The position numbers were made by a program, and so were the translations under genes. The notes beneath the pieces are model-generated. The model worked only from the letters and a program-made list of their open reading frames with translations, was not told the origin of the DNA and did no database searches. Below are positions 10,311 through 17,570 of a stretch of DNA of 64,000 nt, piece after piece (positions within the stretch are counted from its first letter, which is position 1; each line of letters begins with the position of its first letter). Source of the DNA: Arenicellales bacterium (lineage in GTDB: Bacteria > Pseudomonadota > Gammaproteobacteria > Arenicellales > Poriferihabitantaceae); contig OY761989.1 in NCBI GenBank assembly GCA_963665165.1, positions 1,775,734-1,839,733 of the forward strand. The letters are read 5' to 3'.

Positions 10311-10632
10311 GTCGCGATTGATGCTTACGCACCGCAAGACTTTTACAATTTATTGTTCACTCTGGCAGTATACTACATAGGTCTGCAACTCAGCTAATTA
10401 TCTGGTCTAGTCGTTCCACCAAGCCTTCGCTCGCAGGTGCGCGTAACTCTTGAATATCTGCATGGGTCTGTGCCTGGAGACCGCAGACACCTCCTCGTCC
10501 CACGGTTCTGATCCTCTACCTTAGTGTAAAACCACAGCGATTTACGCGCGTCTGAGCGATGGTGGCTTATGCCGCTATTGCATTTTGGGTTGATTTAGTC
10601 AAAATAGCCGACAAGATGGCCTGGATCACTCC

Positions 10633-10773
10633 ATGGTAACCCTGATTGCGAAAAACACGAAGCACGGCTTCGCCCAGCCAAACGACCTGGCCTGCGGCGA
10701 ACCGGTGGCAGTCACCAGGCACGGGAGGAACGACAGAATAATGGATCAAGACATGGATCCAGAAAAGCAGTGA
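10633..10773 (+). pseudogene. Phd/YefM-type antitoxin, N-terminal remnant (46 codons)
   Basis: MVTLIAKNTKHGFAQPNDLACGEPVAVTRHGRND resembles the Phd/YefM N-terminal pattern (compare GEEVEITRRGRE in P1 Phd). It is about half the usual length and no toxin gene follows. Confidence 0.4.
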
Positions 10774-10781
10774 TCCTCGTG

Positions 10782-11005
10782 ATGGCGATGATCACGCCCG
10801 AACGCGACCTTGAAGAAGCCCTGGTCACCAGACTATCGGACCTCAAGTACGAATATCGCGCCGACATCCGTGATAGAGCCACGCTGGAAAAGAACTTCAG
10901 GGAAAAGTTCGAAGCCCTGAATCGCGTCACACTCACTGATGGTGAGTTCAAGCGGCTCCTCGACCAGATCGTCACACCGGATGTGTACGAGGCCGCCCGG
11001 ACACT
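10782..11005 (+). pseudogene. hsdR: Type I restriction enzyme HsdR, N-terminal ~75-codon fragment
   Basis: MAMITPERDLEEALVTRLSDLKYEYRADIRDRATLEKNFREKFEALNRVTLTDGEFKRLLDQIVTPDVYEAARTL matches the characteristic HsdR N-terminus. The similarity stops at the palindrome that begins at 11006. Confidence 0.6.
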
Positions 11006-11074
11006 CTGTAGCGGAACAAAAGTTTTTGCAAATTTCGGCGAAAAGTCTTTGCAAAAACTTTTGTTCCGCTACAG
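11006..11074. repeat. Perfect 27-bp inverted repeat with a 15-nt spacer
   Basis: ctgtagcggaacaaaagtttttgcaaa (11006-11032), spacer tttcggcgaaaagtc, then tttgcaaaaacttttgttccgctacag (11048-11074). Both flanking gene fragments end at the arms. Confidence 0.9.
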
Positions 11075-11390
11075 CCATCCCATTGAACAATGGGTTGTCA
11101 TTGGGAGTGGTCAGCCACTGATCAGCCAATGTCTGGTCCGGTAACAGGATTTGCAGGGATTTGTAGATACCCAGGATATAGCTGGTACGTTCCAGCAGAT
11201 CCCGTGTCAATCTGGCCTTTCCTGGCTGACCCTTCCAGTTGTAGAGGATCTTCTCGTTGCTGAGCCCCAGCAGGGTCATCTGCTGAGCGCCGGTCAGGCG
11301 CCACTGACTGAAAATAGCAAAAATCGCCGATAACAGCGAATTGGCTACATTGGGGTCACGTTGTAACAGTTGCTCAGTTTGAGCAATCAT
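11075..11390 (-). pseudogene. Xre/MbcA/ParS-type (DUF2384) antitoxin, C-terminally truncated, no RES-type toxin
   Basis: LLGLSNEKILYNWKGQPGKARLTRDLLERTSYILGIYKSLQILLPDQTLADQWLTTPNDNPLFNG matches the DUF2384 pattern. The frame then runs into the palindrome. Confidence 0.55.
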
Positions 11391-11542
11391 GATGATCTCT
11401 GATAATGTATTTTTACAGCGCTTTAATACAGCCTGACAGACTGAACAATACAGTCAACCATATCAAATATACTGCTTGTTTAATCCAGTGGGAAAACTCA
11501 ATTCAACACCATCGCCTTCCGGCATTCAAGGGGTTTTGATGA

Positions 11543-11587
11543 TGGTGGCCAGGGATAGAATCGAACTGCCGACACGAGAATTCTCAG
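11543..11587 (-). repeat. Direct repeat of the tRNA-Phe 3' half (distal att-like site)
   Basis: tggtggccagggatagaatcgaactgccgacacgagaattctcag versus 17571-17615: 42 of 45 positions identical, same orientation. Confidence 0.85.
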
Positions 11588-11634
11588 AGCCAGGAAATTT
11601 GGTAACTTTTTGATTATGCTGAACCAAATATGAC

Positions 11635-11748
11635 TCAGTGCCTTTGTATAAATCTTTCTAAGCTAGCGTAGTTGGAATTTGCCCGCAAGGTGTCCGCAGC
11701 GCTCCACAGGCGTTTCTCTATCGCTCCAATGCGTTCGAGTTGTGACAT
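11635..11748 (-). pseudogene. hsdM: Type I R-M methyltransferase HsdM, N-terminal stub (37 codons)
   Basis: MSQLERIGAIEKRLWSAADTLRANSNYAS matches the HsdM N-terminal LW-AAD-LRanS signature. The frame ends after 37 codons, next to the att-like repeat. Confidence 0.5.
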
Positions 11749-11810
11749 TAAACATTGTCCATTTTCTGATTTTTTTAGGCACTTCCCTTTTGGCTCACAT
11801 ATTCACTCAT

Positions 11811-12752
11811 TCACAGTCCCAACGCTGCCTGGAGTTTTTGCAGCGATTCCTTCTGTTTCTTTTTGTCCATCTTCCGGATATTGATCAGTTTCCACTGAAT
11901 CGCGGGCAGTTGATCAATGCCTGTCACTGCCAAAAGAGTCCAATCCGGTTCCCCTTGCTTGATCGAGAGCAGGAATTTCTTCTCGTTCTCTGTCATTGTG
12001 TTTTTGATTGTTTCGATGAGCCTGTCACGGACTGCCACCAATTCCTTGTGCTCAACTTCTTTGGACGTCATTCCAGCCAACTCTTTTTCGAACACCTGTC
12101 GAAAATCTTTCAGATTGGGTGTGAGTAGTTCGTTCATCGGCCGGCCGTGGCTTGCAAGATAAATAACGAATGCAGTGCGGATTTCATCTGTAATGCCTTC
12201 GTTCTCCATCAGGATCTTGATGTCGAAGATGTCGCGTGGATGCTGGCGGTCAAGTGCTGCACATAGTTTTCCGCCGTACAAATCCACAACAGCCAGTGTA
12301 TTGGCCGTCACCGAAGCCTCGAACATTATTTCAGCCTGCTCGCTCAACTCTCGTTCCACAGGCGTAAATACAGTACCCCGGAGCACCAGATTGGGCTCGA
12401 TCTTGATCGTTGCCCCTGCCGTACTGACGGTTAGTTTGGAAATATGCTCTGCTCCCCTTGTCCGAATCTTGTGCACGGTTACTCCAGATACAGTTCTTCG
12501 GATCGCAGCGGCGATCCGCTGCAATGCCTCACCAATGTTAGCCAATGCCGTGTCGCGCGAGTCCAGGGGCAGGTACGTCAGGTCGATATCGACCGACAGT
12601 CGCGGCATGTCGCGCACAAAGAGATTGATCGCCGTGCCGCCCTTCAGTGCGAAGCACTCCGCCGCCGCAACATGGGGCATGACTCGCAGCATGAGTTGTG
12701 CCTGCTTGAAGTATGGACTGTCCTTCATGCCGAATTTACCGATACCTCTCAC
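11811..12752 (-). CDS. abiEii: AbiEii/AbiGii-family nucleotidyltransferase toxin (type IV TA)
   Basis: FALKGGTAINLFVRDMPRLSVDIDLTYL... is typical of the DUF1814/AbiEii family. GTG 12752 overlaps the abiEi stop (GTGA); an alternative ATG lies at 12728. Confidence 0.85.
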   Translation of the reverse strand: MRGIGKFGMKDSPYFKQAQLMLRVMPHVAAAECFALKGGTAINLFVRDMPRLSVDIDLTYLPLDSRDTALANIGEALQRIAAAIRRTVSGVTVHKIRTRGAEHISKLTVSTAGATIKIEPNLVLRGTVFTPVERELSEQAEIMFEASVTANTLAVVDLYGGKLCAALDRQHPRDIFDIKILMENEGITDEIRTAFVIYLASHGRPMNELLTPNLKDFRQVFEKELAGMTSKEVEHKELVAVRDRLIETIKNTMTENEKKFLLSIKQGEPDWTLLAVTGIDQLPAIQWKLINIRKMDKKKQKESLQKLQAALGL

Positions 12753-13522
12753 TGCAGATTCGTGTTGGGAACGGTGATGTTGTATTTGGCGTCCAGCCGT
12801 CCACCTTTGACTATCATGCGCTTGCCTTTGCCGAAGTCCACCTTCGAAAGGTCCAGTTTCTTAACCCAGGCATGGTTGCAAGCCTCTGCGAGAAACATGA
12901 ACAGCCGCTTCACCTTCACCGAACGGCACTGTTCCAGCAGCGGCTGCACTAGACGCGGCCGCAAGGTGGTCAACCCCTCCATGAGCAGGTTGGCCTCTTC
13001 AAAGGATTCTTCCGCGGGCACGAGATACAGCACTTCCATCATGGCGCGCTCGGGCGCCGAAACGGTCATGGCATAAGCGACCAGTTCCTTTTTGGAAAGC
13101 CCTGCATTCGGATCGTCAGCAAACAGCTTGGTAGTGGAATAACGAAGCTCCACCCCCCAATCATATTGCCGAAACCAGGCGGGTAGCCGGGTGCCGGGGC
13201 TGCCGAACAGTGATACGCTCCCACCCTTCCCCATCGCCAGAAAATGCGCATACCCTTGCATCTGCAGCGCCGTTTTGGCCCCCGCATGAATGGGCAGCTT
13301 CAATTGTTCCTGGAGGGCATGCAGGCCACCGGTCCACTCAACCGTACCACCGGCACGCACGTAGGCGCCTTGGCCAATGCGCTGTATCCAACCACTTTTC
13401 TGATACTCGTGCACCAGTTGCTGGTAGGCGCCCTGGGCCTCCAACCAGCGCGACACCGCCACAGTGGCTTGGGGCCATGCTGTGAGCAAGCGGCTTAATT
13501 TACTTCGGGTTTCACTATCCAT
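12749..13522 (-). CDS. abiEi: AbiEi-family antitoxin / transcriptional regulator
   Basis: MDSETRSKLSRLLTAWPQATVAVSRWLEAQGAYQQLVHEYQKSGWIQRIGQGAYVRAG is an AbiEi_4-type N-terminal wHTH. The gene is translationally coupled to abiEii. Confidence 0.85.
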   Translation of the reverse strand: MDSETRSKLSRLLTAWPQATVAVSRWLEAQGAYQQLVHEYQKSGWIQRIGQGAYVRAGGTVEWTGGLHALQEQLKLPIHAGAKTALQMQGYAHFLAMGKGGSVSLFGSPGTRLPAWFRQYDWGVELRYSTTKLFADDPNAGLSKKELVAYAMTVSAPERAMMEVLYLVPAEESFEEANLLMEGLTTLRPRLVQPLLEQCRSVKVKRLFMFLAEACNHAWVKKLDLSKVDFGKGKRMIVKGGRLDAKYNITVPNTNLQ

Positions 13523-13729
13523 GCTTGTTAATCTAGCGCAAAAACAAACCTGCCTCAAGGTGGAAGTTTATTTTAAGACTGATTTAACAGATTTTTTTTG
13601 TTAATTGAGTATTTAAGTAAACCATACGACAGTAAACATTCCATGCGGCCCGTAGTCGGCCAGCTTTCGACCCGCGACCGACAAGCGATCTTTCTGTAAC
13701 TTGAGTCGCGGGCCGGTGATTGACCGCGC

Positions 13730-14035
13730 TCAACCGGTCGTGTGCAGATCCATCCCGTCATCCAGTGTCGGCAGCCGGGCGATTGTCGTACCGTACTTCT
13801 GTTCCGCAAGGCGCAGTTCATAAAGTTTCTGGAGGTTGAGCCAGAACTCGCCCGACGCGCCAAAGAAGTGCCCCAGGCGTAGGGCCGTATCGCCGGTGAT
13901 CGTCCGCCGACCGTTTAGAATCTCGGTGATGCGGTTCACCGGCACTTCGATCCGCCGCGCCAATTCCGTAGCGCTCATGCCGAGCGCGTCGAGATCCTCG
14001 CGCAGCGTCTCACCGGGATGGATGGGGTCACGCAC
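13730..14035 (-). CDS. higA: HigA-family HTH antitoxin
   Basis: VRDPIHPGETLREDLDALGMSATELARRIEVPVNRITEILNGRRTITGDTALRLGHFFG. GTG 14035 is preceded by GAGGAG 7 nt upstream. The track start at 14086 is a TTG inside the higB stub. Confidence 0.8.
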   Translation of the reverse strand: MRDPIHPGETLREDLDALGMSATELARRIEVPVNRITEILNGRRTITGDTALRLGHFFGASGEFWLNLQKLYELRLAEQKYGTTIARLPTLDDGMDLHTTG

Positions 14036-14048
14036 GTCAAGTCTCCTC

Positions 14049-14093
14049 TCAATGATAATCGACGATTTCGACTTCGGTCGGCCCAAGACTACC
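14049..14093 (-). pseudogene. higB: HigB toxin, last ~14 codons only
   Basis: The minus-strand frame reads GSLGPTEVEIVDYH* with an in-frame stop immediately upstream. VEIVDYH is the typical HigB C-terminus. The rest is replaced by the abiEi remnant. Confidence 0.5.
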
Positions 14094-14095
14094 CT

Positions 14096-14309
14096 ATGAG
14101 TAGGTCAGCCTCTTCAAAGGATTCTTCCGCGGGCACGAGATACAGCACTTCCATCATGGCGCGTTCGGGCGCCCTGGGCCTCCAGCCAGCGCGACACCGT
14201 CACAGTGGCTTGGGGCCATGCTGTGAGCAAGCGGTTTAATTTACTTCGTTTTTTACTATCCATGCTTGTTAATCTAGCGCAAAAACAAACCTGACTCAAG
14301 TTGAAAGTG
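14096..14309 (-). pseudogene. Second, internally deleted abiEi copy with its upstream region
   Basis: 14096-14173 matches 12981-13058 and 14174-14309 matches 13433-13569, each with a few mismatches. Relative to the intact copy 374 bp are missing, and the junction lies in a GGCGCC present at both breakpoints. ATG at 14263. Confidence 0.85.
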
Positions 14310-14334
14310 GATACCCCGCAGTAGATGCAGGATG

Positions 14335-15028
14335 TCATCGGTGATTTAAAACCAGTTTGTGGTTCTGAAACAGGTCCAGCACTCTTTCCGACAGGGAAAG
14401 CCGCTCCAGCCACAAAACTTCTCCGGTATCAAGATCAAGCGCCTTCCACTCGATTGAGCCACGTACAGAGTTTCTTGAGTTCAGACTATAAGCTTTCCTT
14501 GGATTTTTTGAATCATATCCGGACCGGTTGCCAAATATGCTTAAAGCCGATGTCTCCCATATCGAGGCTTGTTCTTTTGTTGAATTCGGGTGTTCTTTTA
14601 GCTTCCTGTCCTTGGCAAGCTCGTGCTTGTCAAACGGAACTCTCAACAGTCTGAGGTGGTTTTCCAGTTCATAAAATGTGTCGTTCTCCTGGAGCAGTTT
14701 TCTTTCCTTCAGCAACCTGAATACTTCATAAATCTCGGTAACCCAGATCTTTGAAAAGCATGTTCTGATACCAGTGTGCCATGGGAAGTTCGACCCTGGA
14801 GCCGCTCTCCCTGGCGCTGTCGATGACCGCTTTCGTCTCGTTCTCCATACACCGCAGAACGAGATCCAGTGCCCCAATGTTATGAACTTCCGGTCCAAGC
14901 ATGGAGAGCGGCAGTACCCGGCCACCCAGCTGGATAGAGATATCAATCCAGGATTCATAGAGTTTTTGATCCTGCCGGAGCGCCTGATAAAATGCCTCCT
15001 CGATAAGGTCACTGATGGATGTGGGCAT
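14335..15028 (-). pseudogene. Hypothetical gene, apparently frameshifted (or two short overlapping genes)
   Basis: Frame A (15028-14726) gives a plausible 100-aa protein ending ...HWYQNMLFKDLGYRDL*. Frame B looks protein-like only from about 14745 down (VTEIYEVFRLLKERKLLQENDTFYELENH...). The switch is next to a TTTT run. Confidence 0.4.
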
Positions 15029-15527
15029 GGGTCCAAATTTTTATAGAGACACTGAGACGCCTCAGATTGGTCTAACTACTCCATGGGCATGAGCAGTCAA
15101 GCATCTCTTTTTCTTCATTATTCATGGAAGTCTCCTGTGTGCATAAATGCCGAACGATTACTGTTTAAGCCGGACTATAGGTGGTGGCCGCGCCGGTGTA
15201 AAATCTTGTCGACACTGTAGCTGCAGGAGAATTGCTATGACTGAGGGCGTGGACAACGGGAGCATAGATCATTCCATGATTGATAATCTGCTGGTGTATC
15301 TCCGGGGGCAGAATGTTCCAAGGCACGGAATGTGGATTTCGCTACTCTTGCCTTTTCAGTGTAGCGAGGATGAGCTGGTTGGTGCATAACGAGATGCAGG
15401 GAGCTCGAATTCATAGAGTTTTCGTATATATTCCAGGACGGGAACAAAATCCGGGTTGGCAGCGTCACTGAGCTGGGGCTGGGTCATATTCGGTCTATTC
15501 CCGGCAGTACACCTAGTCACTTGTGCC

Positions 15528-16136
15528 ATGGGTCAACAAATCAAATACGATTCAGTTCCTGCTCAATTCCCCACACATTGCCATCCTGCATCATTGTGGC
15601 AAAGCTTGGGTCGCCTTGTGGCAACATTCGGCTGGCTGGAAGAGACCTTGTGGAATGCAATCTATGCGTACTCCCTGATCCCCTTGGTAAACGATGCTGA
15701 GGCAAGAAAGCAGAAGCTGGCGGAGATTGCAGAAAAATTAGAAAAGGCTCAGTCAGACACGTTGAGGTCGCTTATTAAGAAATATGAAGAGGCTGTACGG
15801 GCATACCCAAAAGCTGAGGAAATCCACGAAGGGTTTGATAGTGAGATCAGGCGACTTCGCAATGCTACGCAGTACCGGAATATATTTTGCCATGGGGTCT
15901 GGCTAGAGCCACCAGATGATCGCGGCAAGGCAACTATTCTCTATAATGACCGCAGCAGGGGAGAGGTTACTATGGATGTGGATTGCAGGTTTTTGGACAC
16001 CCTGCAGCGAGATGTGGCTATGGCTATATGTGATGTGAGAAATACAGTTACATTTCTAGGCTGGAAATTTCCTGACTGGAGCGGCCCCGGCAAATCAGTG
16101 ATTGATGAGCTGGCAAGCCGGGCGCTCGATGACTAG
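15528..16136 (+). CDS. Hypothetical protein with a HEPN-like RNxxxHG motif
   Basis: 202 aa from ATG 15528. The segments LGRLVATFGWLEETLWNAIY and ...RRLRNATQYRNIFCHGVW fit Rx4H. No neighbouring partner gene was recognised. Confidence 0.5.
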   Translation: MGQQIKYDSVPAQFPTHCHPASLWQSLGRLVATFGWLEETLWNAIYAYSLIPLVNDAEARKQKLAEIAEKLEKAQSDTLRSLIKKYEEAVRAYPKAEEIHEGFDSEIRRLRNATQYRNIFCHGVWLEPPDDRGKATILYNDRSRGEVTMDVDCRFLDTLQRDVAMAICDVRNTVTFLGWKFPDWSGPGKSVIDELASRALDD

Positions 16137-16350
16137 ACAACCTGTAGCGAAACAGGTGATCGAGGTGTGGAAAAGTGCTGCAAGGGATTGCCGGTTGAGC
16201 AGCGCCGATCTCAATTTACTGCCACCCGGCAGCATCGCAAGACCGGGTATCATCTCAAACATAAGTAGAACATTTAGTCGCTTAGAGTGACTTTTGGCCC
16301 CGTACCGCAAGTGACCCCTACAAAGCTGTCTTTTTAAGTTGCTTTGTGTG

Positions 16351-16377
16351 GTTACTAAAAGTAACTTTTGCTATAAT
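16351..16377 (+). promoter_or_regulatory. Putative promoter/operator of the zeta module
   Basis: Palindrome gttactaaaagtaac (16351-16365) lies just upstream of TATAAT (16372-16377), and GGAG sits 8 nt before ATG 16405. Confidence 0.3.
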
Positions 16378-16404
16378 TGCGTCATATATCCAGGAGAATT
16401 CATT

Positions 16405-16755
16405 ATGAACACCGAAATGAAAGTGACCAAAATCGATCCCGATTCTTTGAACAAACTACGTATGCTCGCAGAACGATTTGATCGATCTGCACCGATGCAA
16501 TTAAAGGTTTTAATTGATAGCGCCTGGCGCGCGAATCCCGCTGAGCTTACCGACGCCGAGTTTTTCGACGGCATGTTCGATGAATTAATCGCAAATGCCG
16601 AAGAAGGCATCCCCACGGATGCAGCGCTTGAAAGTGCTGCACACGCCCGTGAGCTTGGCGCCATTAGCTGGGGCAGCGAAGGCGGCAAGTGCATCGGTAC
16701 GACAGTCGATGGCACACGCATCGACGTAGACGGCAACGTGTTAGCCGCCAGGTGA
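16405..16755 (+). CDS. Putative antitoxin of the zeta-type toxin
   Basis: 116-aa acidic protein (MNTEMKVTKIDPDSLNKLRMLAERFDRSAPMQLKVLIDSAW). It has a good SD, and its stop overlaps the toxin start (GTGA at 16752-16755). Confidence 0.55.
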   Translation: MNTEMKVTKIDPDSLNKLRMLAERFDRSAPMQLKVLIDSAWRANPAELTDAEFFDGMFDELIANAEEGIPTDAALESAAHARELGAISWGSEGGKCIGTTVDGTRIDVDGNVLAAR

Positions 16756-17441
16756 ACTACGATCAGCCTGTCCTGGTCCTCATCGGCGGGATAAATGGCG
16801 CTGGTAAAACCACCCTCTATTACGAGCAGGTAAAGCCCTTCCTGGATAAGTCGGGCCGAAGTTATCCTTTCGTCAATGCTGACGAAATGGAGAGGGCGCG
16901 ATTTCCTGACGAAGTTGGCCAACATAGTCTCGAAATGGGCAAGCTGGCTGCCAGGATTCGAGATCAATATTTAGAGTCTGGTCAATCGTTTGTGACAGAG
17001 ACCGTCTTCTCTCATGAGTCGAAGAATCAACTCATCGAGGATGCACAAAAAGCCGGATTTAAAGTCATGCTTAACCACGTCCACGTCGATTCCCCGGACG
17101 TGGCCTATAAGCGCGTTCAAACCCGTGTGCAAAAAGGCGGTCACGACGTACCGAAAGATAAGGTGTTTTCTCGCTATGATCGCACCGTTGCCAACATTCA
17201 AAAGGCTTGCTTGACCGCCGACCAAACATACGTTTGGGATAATTCCCGTAGTCAAGGCCATACGGGTGTCATGCATCGCTTTGTTATGACAATGGCGAAG
17301 GGCGAGATCACTAAATTATCGCCTCAAATACCTGCCTGGGCGTTCAGGATGTATCGCATCCAGATAGACGAGTTCAATCAAACCAGGGCACGAAAAAGCG
17401 CGAAAAGCGCGAAAAGCAACGAGGATTTTCAGAGCGAGTAA
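16752..17441 (+). CDS. Zeta-toxin-family P-loop kinase (COG4185-like)
   Basis: Walker A VLIGGINGAGKTTLY, with FVNADE, FVTETVFSH, RVQTRVQKGGHDVPKDKVFSRYDRT and VWDNS. Confidence 0.8.
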   Translation: MNYDQPVLVLIGGINGAGKTTLYYEQVKPFLDKSGRSYPFVNADEMERARFPDEVGQHSLEMGKLAARIRDQYLESGQSFVTETVFSHESKNQLIEDAQKAGFKVMLNHVHVDSPDVAYKRVQTRVQKGGHDVPKDKVFSRYDRTVANIQKACLTADQTYVWDNSRSQGHTGVMHRFVMTMAKGEITKLSPQIPAWAFRMYRIQIDEFNQTRARKSAKSAKSNEDFQSE

Positions 17442-17444
17442 AAC

Positions 17445-17477
17445 CGGTGACCGGCCCCTACGATGACGGGTGGAGCG
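17445..17477. repeat. Inverted-repeat copy B (partner at 8889-8921)
   Basis: See copy A. This copy lies between the zeta toxin stop and the tRNA-Phe 3' end. Confidence 0.7.
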
Positions 17478-17570
17478 GGGGACGACTTTGTTATTGTGAC
17501 AGTTGTTATGGGGACATCGGTCGCGGGCCAAAGGCAGGCTCCAAACGATGCTCGAGCGCCGACGAATGAT

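Noticed and set aside
9247-10398. 10-bp inverted repeat (attagctgag at 9247-9256; ctcagctaat at 10389-10398) flanking the AT-rich HEPN-like gene
   Set aside because: Only 10 bp match, with no extension on either side. Chance cannot be excluded in AT-rich DNA.
10400-10560. Minus-strand frames resembling a tyrosine recombinase C-terminus (…AVSRHRPMQIFKSYAHLRAKA…, and …HADIQELRAPAS… in another frame)
   Set aside because: The matches are very short and split by stops. Two different frames look equally suggestive, which argues for chance. The catalytic R/H/Y pattern could not be established. It would fit the island model but is unsupported.
13573-13863. 96-aa minus-strand ORF overlapping the higA 3' end, and an 8-bp stem (cccgcgac…gtcgcggg) downstream of higA
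   Set aside because: The ORF is a low-complexity out-of-frame overlap with higA. The stem has a 27-nt loop and no U-tract, so it is not called as a terminator.
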